Shown: positions 31,236-42,302, numbered from the stretch's first letter. The stretch: DNA of 64,000 nt from an uncultured Bacilli bacterium (GCA_934098385.1 CAKOOJ010000001.1:137249-201248); one strand, 5' to 3'. Notes: generated by a model from the sequence alone, not told the origin. Made by a program: numbers and translations.

Positions 31236-32147
31236 TTAATTGTCACTATTATTTTTACTTTTATTTATTAGTTCTTTAATTTTTCTAAAATAGTGATTTA
31301 TACATGACTTAGTTATCTTTGTACTAGTTTCCATGCTTATAATATAAGATAATTCATTCATCGTTGTTTCTGGATATTTTTCCTTATAATCAATTACTGT
31401 TTTTATTTTATCATCTAATAAATCTAATAAATCATGATCTTTTAAATATTTTATATTTTCAATTTGCTCTAAACTAGTTTTCATACTTTTTTCTATATTT
31501 GCTTGTTCGCAATTATTAAGTCTATTTACCATATTTTTATGATCCCTATATATTCTAATATCTTCATAATAAAACAATGAATTTGTTGCACCTAACAATT
31601 TTATAAAATCACTTATTTCTTCACTAACTTTAATATATACCATATACCCTTTATCGCGTCTAATTACTTTACTATTAAATTTTAACTTTATTAATAATGA
31701 ATTAATTAAATCTGCATCATTTTTGTTATCTACTAAAAATCCTAAATGATATTTACTTTTTGATGGATCATTTATTGAACCTGTACAAAGAAACGTACCT
31801 CTTAAAAAGGATACTATTTCTTCATAACTGGAATCTATTATGTTTCTATTTAATTCTTTTATATCATTCGTTATTATATCTATTTTATCTTTTATTGATA
31901 ATATGAATATTTTTTTTATTTTGAATTTCTTTTGTGTTCTTATTGTTAAATTAATATCTATATTATAAGTTATTTTTATTAATTTAAAAATATATCTTGC
32001 TACATTTGCATTTTCTATATATATTTTTAGTCTGTCATTTTCTAGAGTTGTAGCGTATTTTAAATAAGAGATTAGAAGTATTCTAGCATCTATATCACTA
32101 GGAATGTTGCTTGTAACTTCTTCTTTTATTCTTGTTGTAAATGTCAT
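31236..32147 (-). CDS. whiA: DNA-binding sporulation/cell-division regulator WhiA
   Basis: N-terminus FTTRIKEEV, 303 aa, C-terminal HTH. Overlaps the yvcK stop, which is the classic yvcK-whiA pairing. Confidence 0.85.
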   Translation of the reverse strand: MTFTTRIKEEVTSNIPSDIDARILLISYLKYATTLENDRLKIYIENANVARYIFKLIKITYNIDINLTIRTQKKFKIKKIFILSIKDKIDIITNDIKELNRNIIDSSYEEIVSFLRGTFLCTGSINDPSKSKYHLGFLVDNKNDADLINSLLIKLKFNSKVIRRDKGYMVYIKVSEEISDFIKLLGATNSLFYYEDIRIYRDHKNMVNRLNNCEQANIEKSMKTSLEQIENIKYLKDHDLLDLLDDKIKTVIDYKEKYPETTMNELSYIISMETSTKITKSCINHYFRKIKELINKSKNNSDN

Positions 32148-33106
32148 TTAGAAACCTCATCCATTAGGTATGAGAATATTAAATATGATGTTTTTAATGA
32201 ATCATGTTTTATAGTTCCATCAACTTTACTAAATACATATAATTTATCACTTATTAGTTGTGTATTTAATTTTTCTATTTCTCTTTTATCAACTTTTACT
32301 AAATCTTTTTCTTCTTCTCTTTGGTATTTTTGTCTAGTTTTATAAGGAATATTTTTATCGTTAGATATTACAACATCTATATGTTCAATATATTTTTCTA
32401 TTACTTTTATATGATCACTTACTTTAAAATCATCTGTTTCGCCAGGTTGCGTAAATAAGTTACATACATACATTTTTTTTGCTTTTGATTTATTTATTGC
32501 ATCTTTTATTTCTTCTACTATTATATGTGGTAGTATACTTGTATATAATGAACCTGGTGAAAATATAATTAAATCTGCATTTTTTATAGATTTTAATACT
32601 TCTTCATTTACATTAAATTTTTTATCATATTTTAATTCTTTTATTTTTTTATCACTATATGTTATATTTTCTTCTCCAACTATTTTAGTTCCATCTTCCA
32701 TTATTCCTACAAGTTCTACTTTATCTTCTGTGTTGGGTAAAATTCTACCATTAATTTTTAAAAGCCTACACATAAAGTCAATTGCATCTGTTAAATTACC
32801 TTTTTGGTCTATTAAAGCAGCCATTAAAATATTTCTTATTGGATGATTTTCTAATGATGGATTTTTAAATCTATATGATAATAAATCTATTAATTCTTGA
32901 TCACCATTGGCCATTGTTAGCATAACTTTTCCTATATCTCCTACAGCGGGTATATTAAGTTCTCTTTTTAGTGTACCAGTACTTCTTCCATTATCTGCAA
33001 CACTAATTACAGCGGTTACATTTACTGGAAATAATTTTAATCCAGAAAGAAGATGTGAAAGTCCTGTTCCTCCACCAAATACTACAACATTTTTCATAAT
33101 TATCAC
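32144..33106 (-). CDS. yvcK: YvcK/CofD-family gluconeogenesis/cell-shape factor
   Basis: VVVFGGGTGLSHLLSGLK, ..ADNGRSTG... No rapZ/yvcJ lies upstream. Confidence 0.85.
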   Translation of the reverse strand: MIIMKNVVVFGGGTGLSHLLSGLKLFPVNVTAVISVADNGRSTGTLKRELNIPAVGDIGKVMLTMANGDQELIDLLSYRFKNPSLENHPIRNILMAALIDQKGNLTDAIDFMCRLLKINGRILPNTEDKVELVGIMEDGTKIVGEENITYSDKKIKELKYDKKFNVNEEVLKSIKNADLIIFSPGSLYTSILPHIIVEEIKDAINKSKAKKMYVCNLFTQPGETDDFKVSDHIKVIEKYIEHIDVVISNDKNIPYKTRQKYQREEEKDLVKVDKREIEKLNTQLISDKLYVFSKVDGTIKHDSLKTSYLIFSYLMDEVSK

Positions 33107-33125
33107 GTCCTAAAAAGAATTATAA

Positions 33126-33165
33126 CAAAAAAAAGATTTAGTATCAAATATATTGTCTAAATCTT
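33126..33165 (-). terminator. terminator-like hairpin after paralogue B (copy of the dnaJ terminator element)
   Basis: AAGATTTAG-N15-CTAAATCTT plus a T-run on the minus strand. Confidence 0.5.
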
Positions 33166-34839
33166 TTATGATTTTACAACGTATGCATTGTTGACTGTAC
33201 CGTTTCCAGACGTTATTTGTGTACCAGTTATGAGCGTTATAACAGGTCTGAGTGCAGTATAACCGTTATCACTACATATAGTTTCATTTCCAATATAACC
33301 CACCATTCTATTTCCTGGAGGAGAAAAAACATCTTCTATATACATTGCTTTAACCTTTTCATTAGGAGTGGAATTATAATGATGATCAAGAGATAAAAGA
33401 TACCATGCATAATAAGAACCAATAGATGATGCATTATCATACAAATAATAAGTTGAATTGCTAGTTGAACCTCCTCCAGCAAATTGTGCTTCATCAACTG
33501 TTAACATTCCAATAGTATTAGTATCTATTTCTCCAACTTTTTCTTTACTTCCATCACATTTTAATAATGGACTTTTATCTACATTTATTCTTTTATAAGC
33601 ACTATAACTAAATATTGTTGATGCTTTTATTAATTCTTCTGCTGTCTGAGTTGACAAATCATAAGTTTTAGTAGAACTGTTATAAATATACGCGCTTGTT
33701 CTATCTCCTATACACCAATCTTCATTTTTAAGTAGTACTTTATCACTATCTTTTGTTATTTTTCTCTCTAACCATGCATTTAATTTTGTTCTTGCATTAT
33801 AAGTTGTATTTGCTTCACTATTTACATAATCATTTTGTATGTAGTTTTCAATTTTTTTATATCCGTAGTCAGATAACAAAATTGTTCCTTCTACACCTGA
33901 TATTCCATCTGTAGCTAAACCACTAGTTGCTGTTACATTTGTGTCACTACATGATAGTTCTGAGGCTAGTATTAGTTTTATACTTCCATCTCCTTGAATT
34001 CTGACTATTCTCCAACACATTCCTGCATAGTTTACAAAATTATCTTCTACTCCGCCTCTATAATAATAAGAAGTACCATAATCATCTTCTGTTTTAGAAA
34101 GTGTTTTTTCTGTTTCTGTAGATATTGCTTGTCCTGGAATTGTTGTTGGTGTTTCTTGATATATTGTTCTTGTTGCATCACTTGTTGCTGCTGTTTTTGC
34201 ACTATCAATTATAGCAGTAGCTAAAGTATTTGTACCATAAGGTTTAAAATTGTTTGGATCTACTATATTTGCTTTTGCACTAAATGTTTTATTCATATCT
34301 ACACTTTGATCTACATTCATTTCTTTATATGTTATTGTTAATGTATATACTTGTGCTTTATCATCTGCTATATCATTTTGTACTAATATAGTTCCAAGTG
34401 AAGGAAATGTTGTTTCATCACTTACTCCATTACATGTTCCAGATATAGTTCCAGTAACAGTCTTATTTGTTTTATCTATACTAAATCCTGTTTTAGAATA
34501 TTGTTTACAATCTAATGTATATACAATATCATCTTTTCTTTCAAATTGATTGACTACATTTTCTAGTGCTACTCCATATGTAACAGTTTTATTTCCTTTA
34601 TTTGTTGCTACAAATGTTTTTGTCCAACTTTTACCTGGTTCTACTGCACTATCTGTTATTAGTTCATCATTTACATCAGCATACTCAAGTAAAAGATTTG
34701 CAGTTACAACAGATATACTTTTACTATTAGTATTTCCTTTTATTTTTGTTAAGTAATAACCATAAGTTAATCCTATTAATATTAAACTTACTAATACTAT
34801 TCCTGTTATACTTATTATTATTCTTTGTTTACGACTCAT
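33166..34839 (-). CDS. large secreted/surface protein: SipW-type signal peptide, TasA/camelysin-like N-domain and a diverged C-terminal WRIVRI..LTVDE..RPVITL module (paralogue B)
   Basis: 557 aa, with GGAGTG RBS 7 nt upstream. The first ~197 aa are nearly identical to paralogue A. The rest is homologous but strongly diverged. Confidence 0.7.
   Translation of the reverse strand: MSRKQRIIISITGIVLVSLILIGLTYGYYLTKIKGNTNSKSISVVTANLLLEYADVNDELITDSAVEPGKSWTKTFVATNKGNKTVTYGVALENVVNQFERKDDIVYTLDCKQYSKTGFSIDKTNKTVTGTISGTCNGVSDETTFPSLGTILVQNDIADDKAQVYTLTITYKEMNVDQSVDMNKTFSAKANIVDPNNFKPYGTNTLATAIIDSAKTAATSDATRTIYQETPTTIPGQAISTETEKTLSKTEDDYGTSYYYRGGVEDNFVNYAGMCWRIVRIQGDGSIKLILASELSCSDTNVTATSGLATDGISGVEGTILLSDYGYKKIENYIQNDYVNSEANTTYNARTKLNAWLERKITKDSDKVLLKNEDWCIGDRTSAYIYNSSTKTYDLSTQTAEELIKASTIFSYSAYKRINVDKSPLLKCDGSKEKVGEIDTNTIGMLTVDEAQFAGGGSTSNSTYYLYDNASSIGSYYAWYLLSLDHHYNSTPNEKVKAMYIEDVFSPPGNRMVGYIGNETICSDNGYTALRPVITLITGTQITSGNGTVNNAYVVKS
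34242..34839. repeat. ~600-bp near-identical direct repeat, copy B
   Basis: See 20521..21118. Confidence 0.85.
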
Positions 34840-34951
34840 TCTATCACTCCTTTTTTCTCACGAAAAAACATATTTCTTCATACCCCCCCCCCCAACGTTT
34901 TTGGGGGTTGGGAAAGAGATATGTTTTTATAGTTTTTTCATGAGTCGTAAA
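34828..34951. repeat. perfect 12-bp inverted repeat (TTTACGACTCAT / ATGAGTCGTAAA) bracketing a 100-bp segment
   Basis: Arms at 34828..34839 (the first four codons of paralogue B) and 34940..34951. The enclosed 34840..34939 holds the RBS, the C11 tract and a G/C hairpin. Confidence 0.85.
34883..34893. repeat. C11 (G11 on the coding strand) homopolymer
   Basis: Eleven consecutive C residues counted, 44..54 nt upstream of the paralogue B start codon. Confidence 0.95.
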
Positions 34952-34991
34952 ATTTATAATTTATAATTTGTGGTATTTCTACCTTAATAAA

Positions 34992-35020
34992 AATATAACA
35001 TTTTTTATAATTATTGTAAA
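34992..35020 (-). promoter_or_regulatory. candidate promoter of paralogue B, outside the IR-bracketed segment
   Basis: TTTACA-17 nt-TATATT on the minus strand. Confidence 0.4.
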
Positions 35021-35051
35021 CATATTTTGTGAATTTTTGAGATTTTTTATA

Positions 35052-35081
35052 TTGACACATCAATAATTATGATGTTAAAAT
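35052..35081 (+). promoter_or_regulatory. candidate promoter of the small RNA
   Basis: TTGACA-18 nt-TAAAAT with an extended -10 TG (TGtTAAAAT). Confidence 0.5.
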
Positions 35082-35087
35082 TAATTT

Positions 35088-35157
35088 AAGTAGAGCATTA
35101 CTTTGTAATGCCTACCCATAGGGTAAGCACTCGTATTAAATTACGAGTCTTTTTATT
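35088..35157 (+). ncRNA. candidate ~70-nt small RNA with three hairpins, the last a rho-independent terminator
   Basis: GCATTAC-ttt-GTAATGC (35095..35111), TACCC-ata-GGGTA (35113..35125), and ACTCGTA-N6-TACGAGT followed by CTTTTTATTTT (35129..35157). No ORF. Confidence 0.4.
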
Positions 35158-35287
35158 TTACATTAATATATTTGTTTTTATTACAAATATAATAGTAGGT
35201 AAAATATGATATTTAATATCAAACCATAATATATTATTTATATTAGGTAGAACAAATAATTAATACGTAGTGCTTAATGGAGTTAAC

Positions 35288-35386
35288 CTATACTCCTTTT
35301 TGTAGGAGGAATAAGACTACTTTCAAAATGTATATTATTACTATACTTTTAAATATTTCTAAAATATAATAAAGTAATTTATTCAT
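35288..35386 (-). CDS. 32-aa hydrophobic peptide ORF (type I toxin-like)
   Basis: Hand translation: MNKLLYYILEIFKSIVIIYILKVVLFLLQKGV. GAGGGAG SD lies 7 nt upstream. Below the ORF-track cutoff. Confidence 0.3.
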   Translation of the reverse strand: MNKLLYYILEIFKSIVIIYILKVVLFLLQKGV

Positions 35387-35483
35387 ATATACACTCCCTC
35401 TCATTTGATATGATTGGGTAAGCACTAAACAAAATAAAGCTCTGGTTATATATACTACACTAAAGTATTTAAATATTTTGTCG

Positions 35484-35524
35484 AAATAAAAAAGATTTAG
35501 TATTAATTATATTTTCTAAATCTT
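35484..35524 (-). terminator. dnaJ terminator hairpin (overlaps the last dnaJ codons)
   Basis: AAGATTTAG-N15-CTAAATCTT followed by TTTTTTATTT on the minus strand. Confidence 0.5.
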
Positions 35525-36624
35525 TTAAAAGGTTCTTCATCATCTAATTCAGTATCACTTAAGTCTTTAATTAATTTCTTTTGTTTTCTATCTAATTTTG
35601 TTGGAATAATAACGTTGTATATTAGATAAGTATCGCCTTTCTTTCCATATTTTTCATCGTCTATTCCTTTACCACGTAATTTTTCTTTGTCACCATTTTG
35701 TGTTCCTGCGGGAATATCTACTTTTACTTCACCCTGAATAGTTTTAATTGTTTTTTTACAACCCATTATTGCATCAGTTATAGTTAATGGCACTTTCATG
35801 TATATATCACTTTTATCTCTTTGATAAATTGGATGGTCTTTAACTGTAAATTCTATATATACATCTCCATTTGGTCCACCATTTAATCCACTAGAAGCTT
35901 TTCCAGCCATTCTTAATTGATCCCCATTATCTACACCGCGTGGAACACGTAATTTAAGGTTCTTTTTACTATTTACTACACCATTACCTTTACAACTACT
36001 ACAAGTACTTTCAAATATAGTACCAGTTCCATTACATTTTGAACATGTAGATTGTGTTTGCATCATTCCTAATATAGTTCTTCTTTCTTCAACGACCATA
36101 CCACGTCCGTTACAATTTGGGCATGTTTTTTCTCCATGACCACCAGCGCCATTACAACTTGAACATTTATCTTTAATATTTATTGTAAATTCTTTTTCAC
36201 AACCATAAACAGCCTCTTCGAATGACAAGTTTATATGAACTAAAGCGTCTTCTCCTTTTGTTTGCATTTTAGATGCTCTTTTTCTTCTGCCACCAAATGA
36301 TGAGCCTCCACCCATAAATGTTTCGAAAATATCACCTAGGTCTATATCACCAAAGTCAAAGCCAGAAAAACCTCCAGAGAAGCCACCAAATCCGCCACCG
36401 CTACCATCAAATGCAGCAGAACCAAATTGATCATATTGTTTACGTTTATTTGGATCACTTAAAACACTATAAGCTTCTCCAATTTCTTTAAATTTTTCTT
36501 GTGCTCCTTCTTCTTTATTTATATCAGGATGATACTGTTTAGCTAGTTTACGAAAAGCTCTTTTTATTTCTTCATCACTAGCATTTTTATCAACACCTAA
36601 AGTTTTATAATAATCTTTTGCCAT
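35503..36624 (-). CDS. dnaJ: chaperone DnaJ
   Basis: J domain (YHPD), a G/F-rich region, and four CxxCxGxG repeats. Confidence 0.95.
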   Translation of the reverse strand: MAKDYYKTLGVDKNASDEEIKRAFRKLAKQYHPDINKEEGAQEKFKEIGEAYSVLSDPNKRKQYDQFGSAAFDGSGGGFGGFSGGFSGFDFGDIDLGDIFETFMGGGSSFGGRRKRASKMQTKGEDALVHINLSFEEAVYGCEKEFTINIKDKCSSCNGAGGHGEKTCPNCNGRGMVVEERRTILGMMQTQSTCSKCNGTGTIFESTCSSCKGNGVVNSKKNLKLRVPRGVDNGDQLRMAGKASSGLNGGPNGDVYIEFTVKDHPIYQRDKSDIYMKVPLTITDAIMGCKKTIKTIQGEVKVDIPAGTQNGDKEKLRGKGIDDEKYGKKGDTYLIYNVIIPTKLDRKQKKLIKDLSDTELDDEEPFKRFRKYN

Positions 36625-36627
36625 TTT

Positions 36628-38421
36628 TTACACTTCCTTTTTTAATAAACTTATATATAAATCAAGCAAACTATTAAATTCATTAAATGCATCTTTATAA
36701 ACTTTTTCATCTGTTAAATCAACACCAGCTAATTTTAATGATTCCACAGGATCTATTTTAGAGCCTAGACCTAAGAATTTTGTATAGTTATCTAATGCAT
36801 TTGTTTTATTGTTATATATATCTTTTGCTATTTTCATAGCAGCAATATAACCAGTTGCATATTGATATACATAGAAATTGTAATAGAAATGTGGAATTCT
36901 AGACCATTCATATTCTATTTCTTTATCTATTACTACATTATTTCCAAAATATTTTTTATTTAATTTATAATATTGGTCACATAATAAATTTTTAGTTAAT
37001 ACTTCACCATTTTGTTCAAGTTCATGAATATTAAGTTCAAATTCACTAAACATAGTTTGTCTTACTACACTGGCTTTAAATCTTTTAATAAGTTCATCTA
37101 CTATATATAGTTTTTCATCCTTTTCATTATTATTATTTAACATATAGTATGATAATAATAATTCATTTACTTGACTAGCAACTTCTGCAACAAAAATTGT
37201 ATAACTATAATTTTGATATGAGTTATTTTTTATTGCATAGTAATAATGCATTGCATGTCCTAATTCATGCGCTATTGTAGAAACTTCATCAAATCTACCA
37301 TCAAAATTTAAAAATACATATGGATGAGTTAAATAACATGCAGTACAATAACCACCCATTCTTTTATTTGTAGTTGGATAAACATCTATCCATCTTTCAT
37401 TAAATGATTTTTTTAGTATATTAATATAATCTTCACCTAATGGTTTAAGAGCTTTTAATATTAATTCTTTTCCTTCATCAAAGGTATATAATTTATTATA
37501 TCCATCAACTAATGGAACATATGTATCATATAAATGTAATTTATTTAATCCCAATACATCTTTTCTTATCTGCCATTGTTTATGTATTATATTTAAATTA
37601 TCGTTTATAGATTTTACTAATATTTTATATACATTACTATCAACGTTATTATTTATAAGCGATGCATCTAAACTAGATTTATATCCTCTAATATTTGAAA
37701 TAGAATTATGTAATTTAACTTCTCCACTTATTAATTCACTACTAGTATTTATAATGCTTTCATATCCTTTATAAAGAGTTTTAAAGGCATTTTTTCTTAC
37801 ATTTCTATTATATGATTCTAAATATGTAGCATAATTATTATTATTTATTTCTATCTTCTTGTTATTTTCGTCTTTAATATTTCCAAATTTTAAATCTACA
37901 TCAGTTAGTTTAGAGAATGTATCTTCTGGCACATTAAATGTATCAGATAATTTAGAAATTATTTTTTCTTCTTTATCACTTAAAATATATTCTTTTTTTC
38001 TAAAAATATCTTTTAATAATATTTCATATTCTAATAATTTTTTATCCTTTTTGTATAGTTTTTCTATATCGCAATAATTATATTGCATTAATTCTGGAAT
38101 TATATAAGATGATAGCTCACTATATTTTTTGTTTAACTTTATTACATTTCCATAGAATGTGTTATATTTGTCATTACTTAAGTCTGTATCATTATTTATA
38201 TGTGCATATATAAATAATCTTTCAATTCTTTTAGAAAAATTTGTATCTAATTCTAATAATTCATATAGATTATTGTATATGTTATTCTTATATTTTTCTA
38301 TTACACATATTTCATTTTCTAAACTTTTAATTTCTTTTATAAAATCATTTTCATTTTTAAATAGTTCAGTTAAATCAACTTTATATTTTTCTGGTATATC
38401 GTTTCTACTCTTATATTTCAT
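36628..38421 (-). CDS. pepF: oligoendopeptidase F (M3B family)
   Basis: HELGHAMH zinc motif. 597 aa with the typical M3B length and layout. Confidence 0.85.
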   Translation of the reverse strand: MKYKSRNDIPEKYKVDLTELFKNENDFIKEIKSLENEICVIEKYKNNIYNNLYELLELDTNFSKRIERLFIYAHINNDTDLSNDKYNTFYGNVIKLNKKYSELSSYIIPELMQYNYCDIEKLYKKDKKLLEYEILLKDIFRKKEYILSDKEEKIISKLSDTFNVPEDTFSKLTDVDLKFGNIKDENNKKIEINNNNYATYLESYNRNVRKNAFKTLYKGYESIINTSSELISGEVKLHNSISNIRGYKSSLDASLINNNVDSNVYKILVKSINDNLNIIHKQWQIRKDVLGLNKLHLYDTYVPLVDGYNKLYTFDEGKELILKALKPLGEDYINILKKSFNERWIDVYPTTNKRMGGYCTACYLTHPYVFLNFDGRFDEVSTIAHELGHAMHYYYAIKNNSYQNYSYTIFVAEVASQVNELLLSYYMLNNNNEKDEKLYIVDELIKRFKASVVRQTMFSEFELNIHELEQNGEVLTKNLLCDQYYKLNKKYFGNNVVIDKEIEYEWSRIPHFYYNFYVYQYATGYIAAMKIAKDIYNNKTNALDNYTKFLGLGSKIDPVESLKLAGVDLTDEKVYKDAFNEFNSLLDLYISLLKKEV

Positions 38422-38440
38422 TATTCCTCCATATAAATCT

Positions 38441-38469
38441 AAAAAGAAGAGCTAGATAAATCTAACTCT
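38441..38469 (-). terminator. hairpin plus T-run between dnaK and pepF (internal operon terminator/attenuator)
   Basis: Minus strand AGAGTTAGAT-tt-ATCTAGCTCT followed by TCTTTTT. Confidence 0.5.
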
Positions 38470-38482
38470 TTTATCTTTTTAA

Positions 38483-40596
<2,114 letters not shown>

Positions 40597-40604
<8 letters not shown>

Positions 40605-41220
40605 TTACTTTCACCATCGCAGGTCTAATAACTCTATCCTTGTACATATAACCCTTTTGTAATACTTCTACAACTACATTATGTGGTTTTGACTCATCAT
40701 GTTCCATTAATACTGCTTGGTGTACTCTTGGATTAAATTCTATTCCTTCAGCTTCTATTTCTTTAACTTCAAATTTATTTAATATATCAACTATACTTGT
40801 ATATATCATTTTAAACCCACTTAAGAATTTAGAAACTTCATCTGATAAATCAGTATCGTCTAACATAATTGCTCTTTCAAAATTATCTACTATAGGAAGT
40901 AAGGACTTTAAAACATCTTCATTAGCATATCTTAATAAACTAGATGTCTCTTCTTCTTTTCTTCTTTTAAAATTCATCATTTCAGCTTGAGCTCTAATAG
41001 CCTTATCATTACTGGCATTCAGAGCAAGTTTTAATTTTTCAATCTCACTTTCTAAATGTTCACATTTTTTATTTTCATGTTTTACATTTTTGTGAGCTTT
41101 ATAAGGTTTCTCATTTTGTGTTTCTTTTGTATTATCTTTTTCACGTTTCATTTCTTCAACCTTACTTTTTATATCTTTTAATTCTTCTTTATTAACTTTT
41201 TTATTATTTTCTTCTTTCAT
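40597..41220 (-). CDS. grpE: nucleotide exchange factor GrpE
   Basis: Coiled-coil N-terminus, ..RYANEDVLKSLLPIVDNFERA.., ..KGYMYKDRVIRPAMVKV. Confidence 0.9.
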
Positions 41221-41223
41221 ACT

Positions 41224-42216
41224 TTACCTTTCTATGTAGTTTTTTAAATAGTCTAAAAGAGTAACTACTTTATCATATTCCATTCTTTTTGGTCCTATAA
41301 TAGCAAGTGTCCCAACTTCACCACCTATGTTGTAGCTAGTTTTTATAACTGTTGTATCTGGATCAAAATTATTTTCTTCTCCAATGTATACTTTTATGTC
41401 TTTATCATCAGTTTCAATATTTTTAACCAATTCTACATCTTCTAGTTTATTTATTATTTCTTTTATTTTTTCTGGTTCATTATATTCTGGTTGTTTTAAA
41501 ATATTTGTCTTTCCTCCAAAAAATACATCATCATTAGAACCTTCTTTAAATTCAGAAAATGCATTGTAAAAGAAACTACATAATTCTTCATATTTTTGCA
41601 TTGTATTAGCAATTTCAGGTTTAATAACATATTCTAATTTTTCTAGTATTTCATTTATTGGTGTTCCAACTAATTCTTTATTTACGATTTCACATGTTTT
41701 AACTATTTCTTTAACACTAACATCCTCTGGTATATATACTTGTCTATTTTCAACATGTCCCGTATTTGTTACAAGTACAGAAACAACTTTCTTTTCATCT
41801 ATAGGAATTATACTTATTTGTTTTAATATGTTGTTATAACTGTTTTTTCCTAATACTATACTTGTATAATTAGTTATATCGCTAATAATCTCCATACATT
41901 TATTAATAGCATCACTCAATATCAAATCTTTGTTATTCAAAATTGTTTGAAGTTTTAAAACATCTTCACCAGTTATTTCTTTAGGTTTCATTAAATTCTC
42001 AACGTAGTAATGATATCCAGCTTCACTAGGGATTCTTCCACTACTTGTATGAGTTTTTTCTAAATAACCTAATTCTTCTAAATACATCATATCATTTCTT
42101 ATTGTTGCTGAAGAACATTTAAATTTCTTGCATAATGATTTAGAGCCAACTGGTTTAACAGTTTTAATATAAGATTCGACAATGGCTTTTAATAATTTAC
42201 TCTGTCTATCTCCCAC
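41224..42216 (-). CDS. hrcA: heat-inducible transcription repressor HrcA
   Basis: GTG start, RQSKLLKAIVESYIKTVKPVGSKSL. Sits upstream of grpE-dnaK, with CIRCE operators in front. Confidence 0.9.
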   Translation of the reverse strand: MGDRQSKLLKAIVESYIKTVKPVGSKSLCKKFKCSSATIRNDMMYLEELGYLEKTHTSSGRIPSEAGYHYYVENLMKPKEITGEDVLKLQTILNNKDLILSDAINKCMEIISDITNYTSIVLGKNSYNNILKQISIIPIDEKKVVSVLVTNTGHVENRQVYIPEDVSVKEIVKTCEIVNKELVGTPINEILEKLEYVIKPEIANTMQKYEELCSFFYNAFSEFKEGSNDDVFFGGKTNILKQPEYNEPEKIKEIINKLEDVELVKNIETDDKDIKVYIGEENNFDPDTTVIKTSYNIGGEVGTLAIIGPKRMEYDKVVTLLDYLKNYIER

Positions 42217-42228
42217 AAAATCACTTCC

Positions 42229-42255
42229 TTAGCACACACTTTTCTTTAGTGCTAA
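42229..42255. promoter_or_regulatory. CIRCE operator 1
   Basis: TTAGCACAC-N9-TAGTGCTAA. Confidence 0.85.
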
Positions 42256-42259
42256 CTAC

Positions 42260-42288
42260 ATTATAATATTATGCTTAGCACTTGTCAA
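42260..42288 (-). promoter_or_regulatory. sigma-A promoter of the hrcA operon
   Basis: TTGACA-17 nt-TATAAT on the minus strand. The -35 lies inside CIRCE 2, and CIRCE 1 is just downstream of the -10. Confidence 0.7.
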
Positions 42289-42302
42289 TATATGAGTGCT
42301 AA
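42275..42302. promoter_or_regulatory. CIRCE operator 2
   Basis: TTAGCACTT-N10-GAGTGCTAA. Confidence 0.85.

Noticed and set aside
34746-34943. 65-aa plus-strand ORF spanning the C11 tract and the inverted-repeat segment (..SSYPPPQRFWGLGKRY..).
   Set aside because: It starts antisense inside the surface-protein gene, has no RBS, and its only unusual residues (PPP, GLG) simply translate the C/G runs. The region is better explained as a regulatory leader.
35129-35148. Near-complementarity (8 of 9) between the sRNA terminator arm UUACGAGUC and the start-codon arm GAGUCGUAA of surface-protein gene B, suggesting the sRNA regulates that gene.
   Set aside because: The match is short and imperfect and lies inside the sRNA's own terminator stem. 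It is not distinguishable from chance without interaction prediction or experiments.
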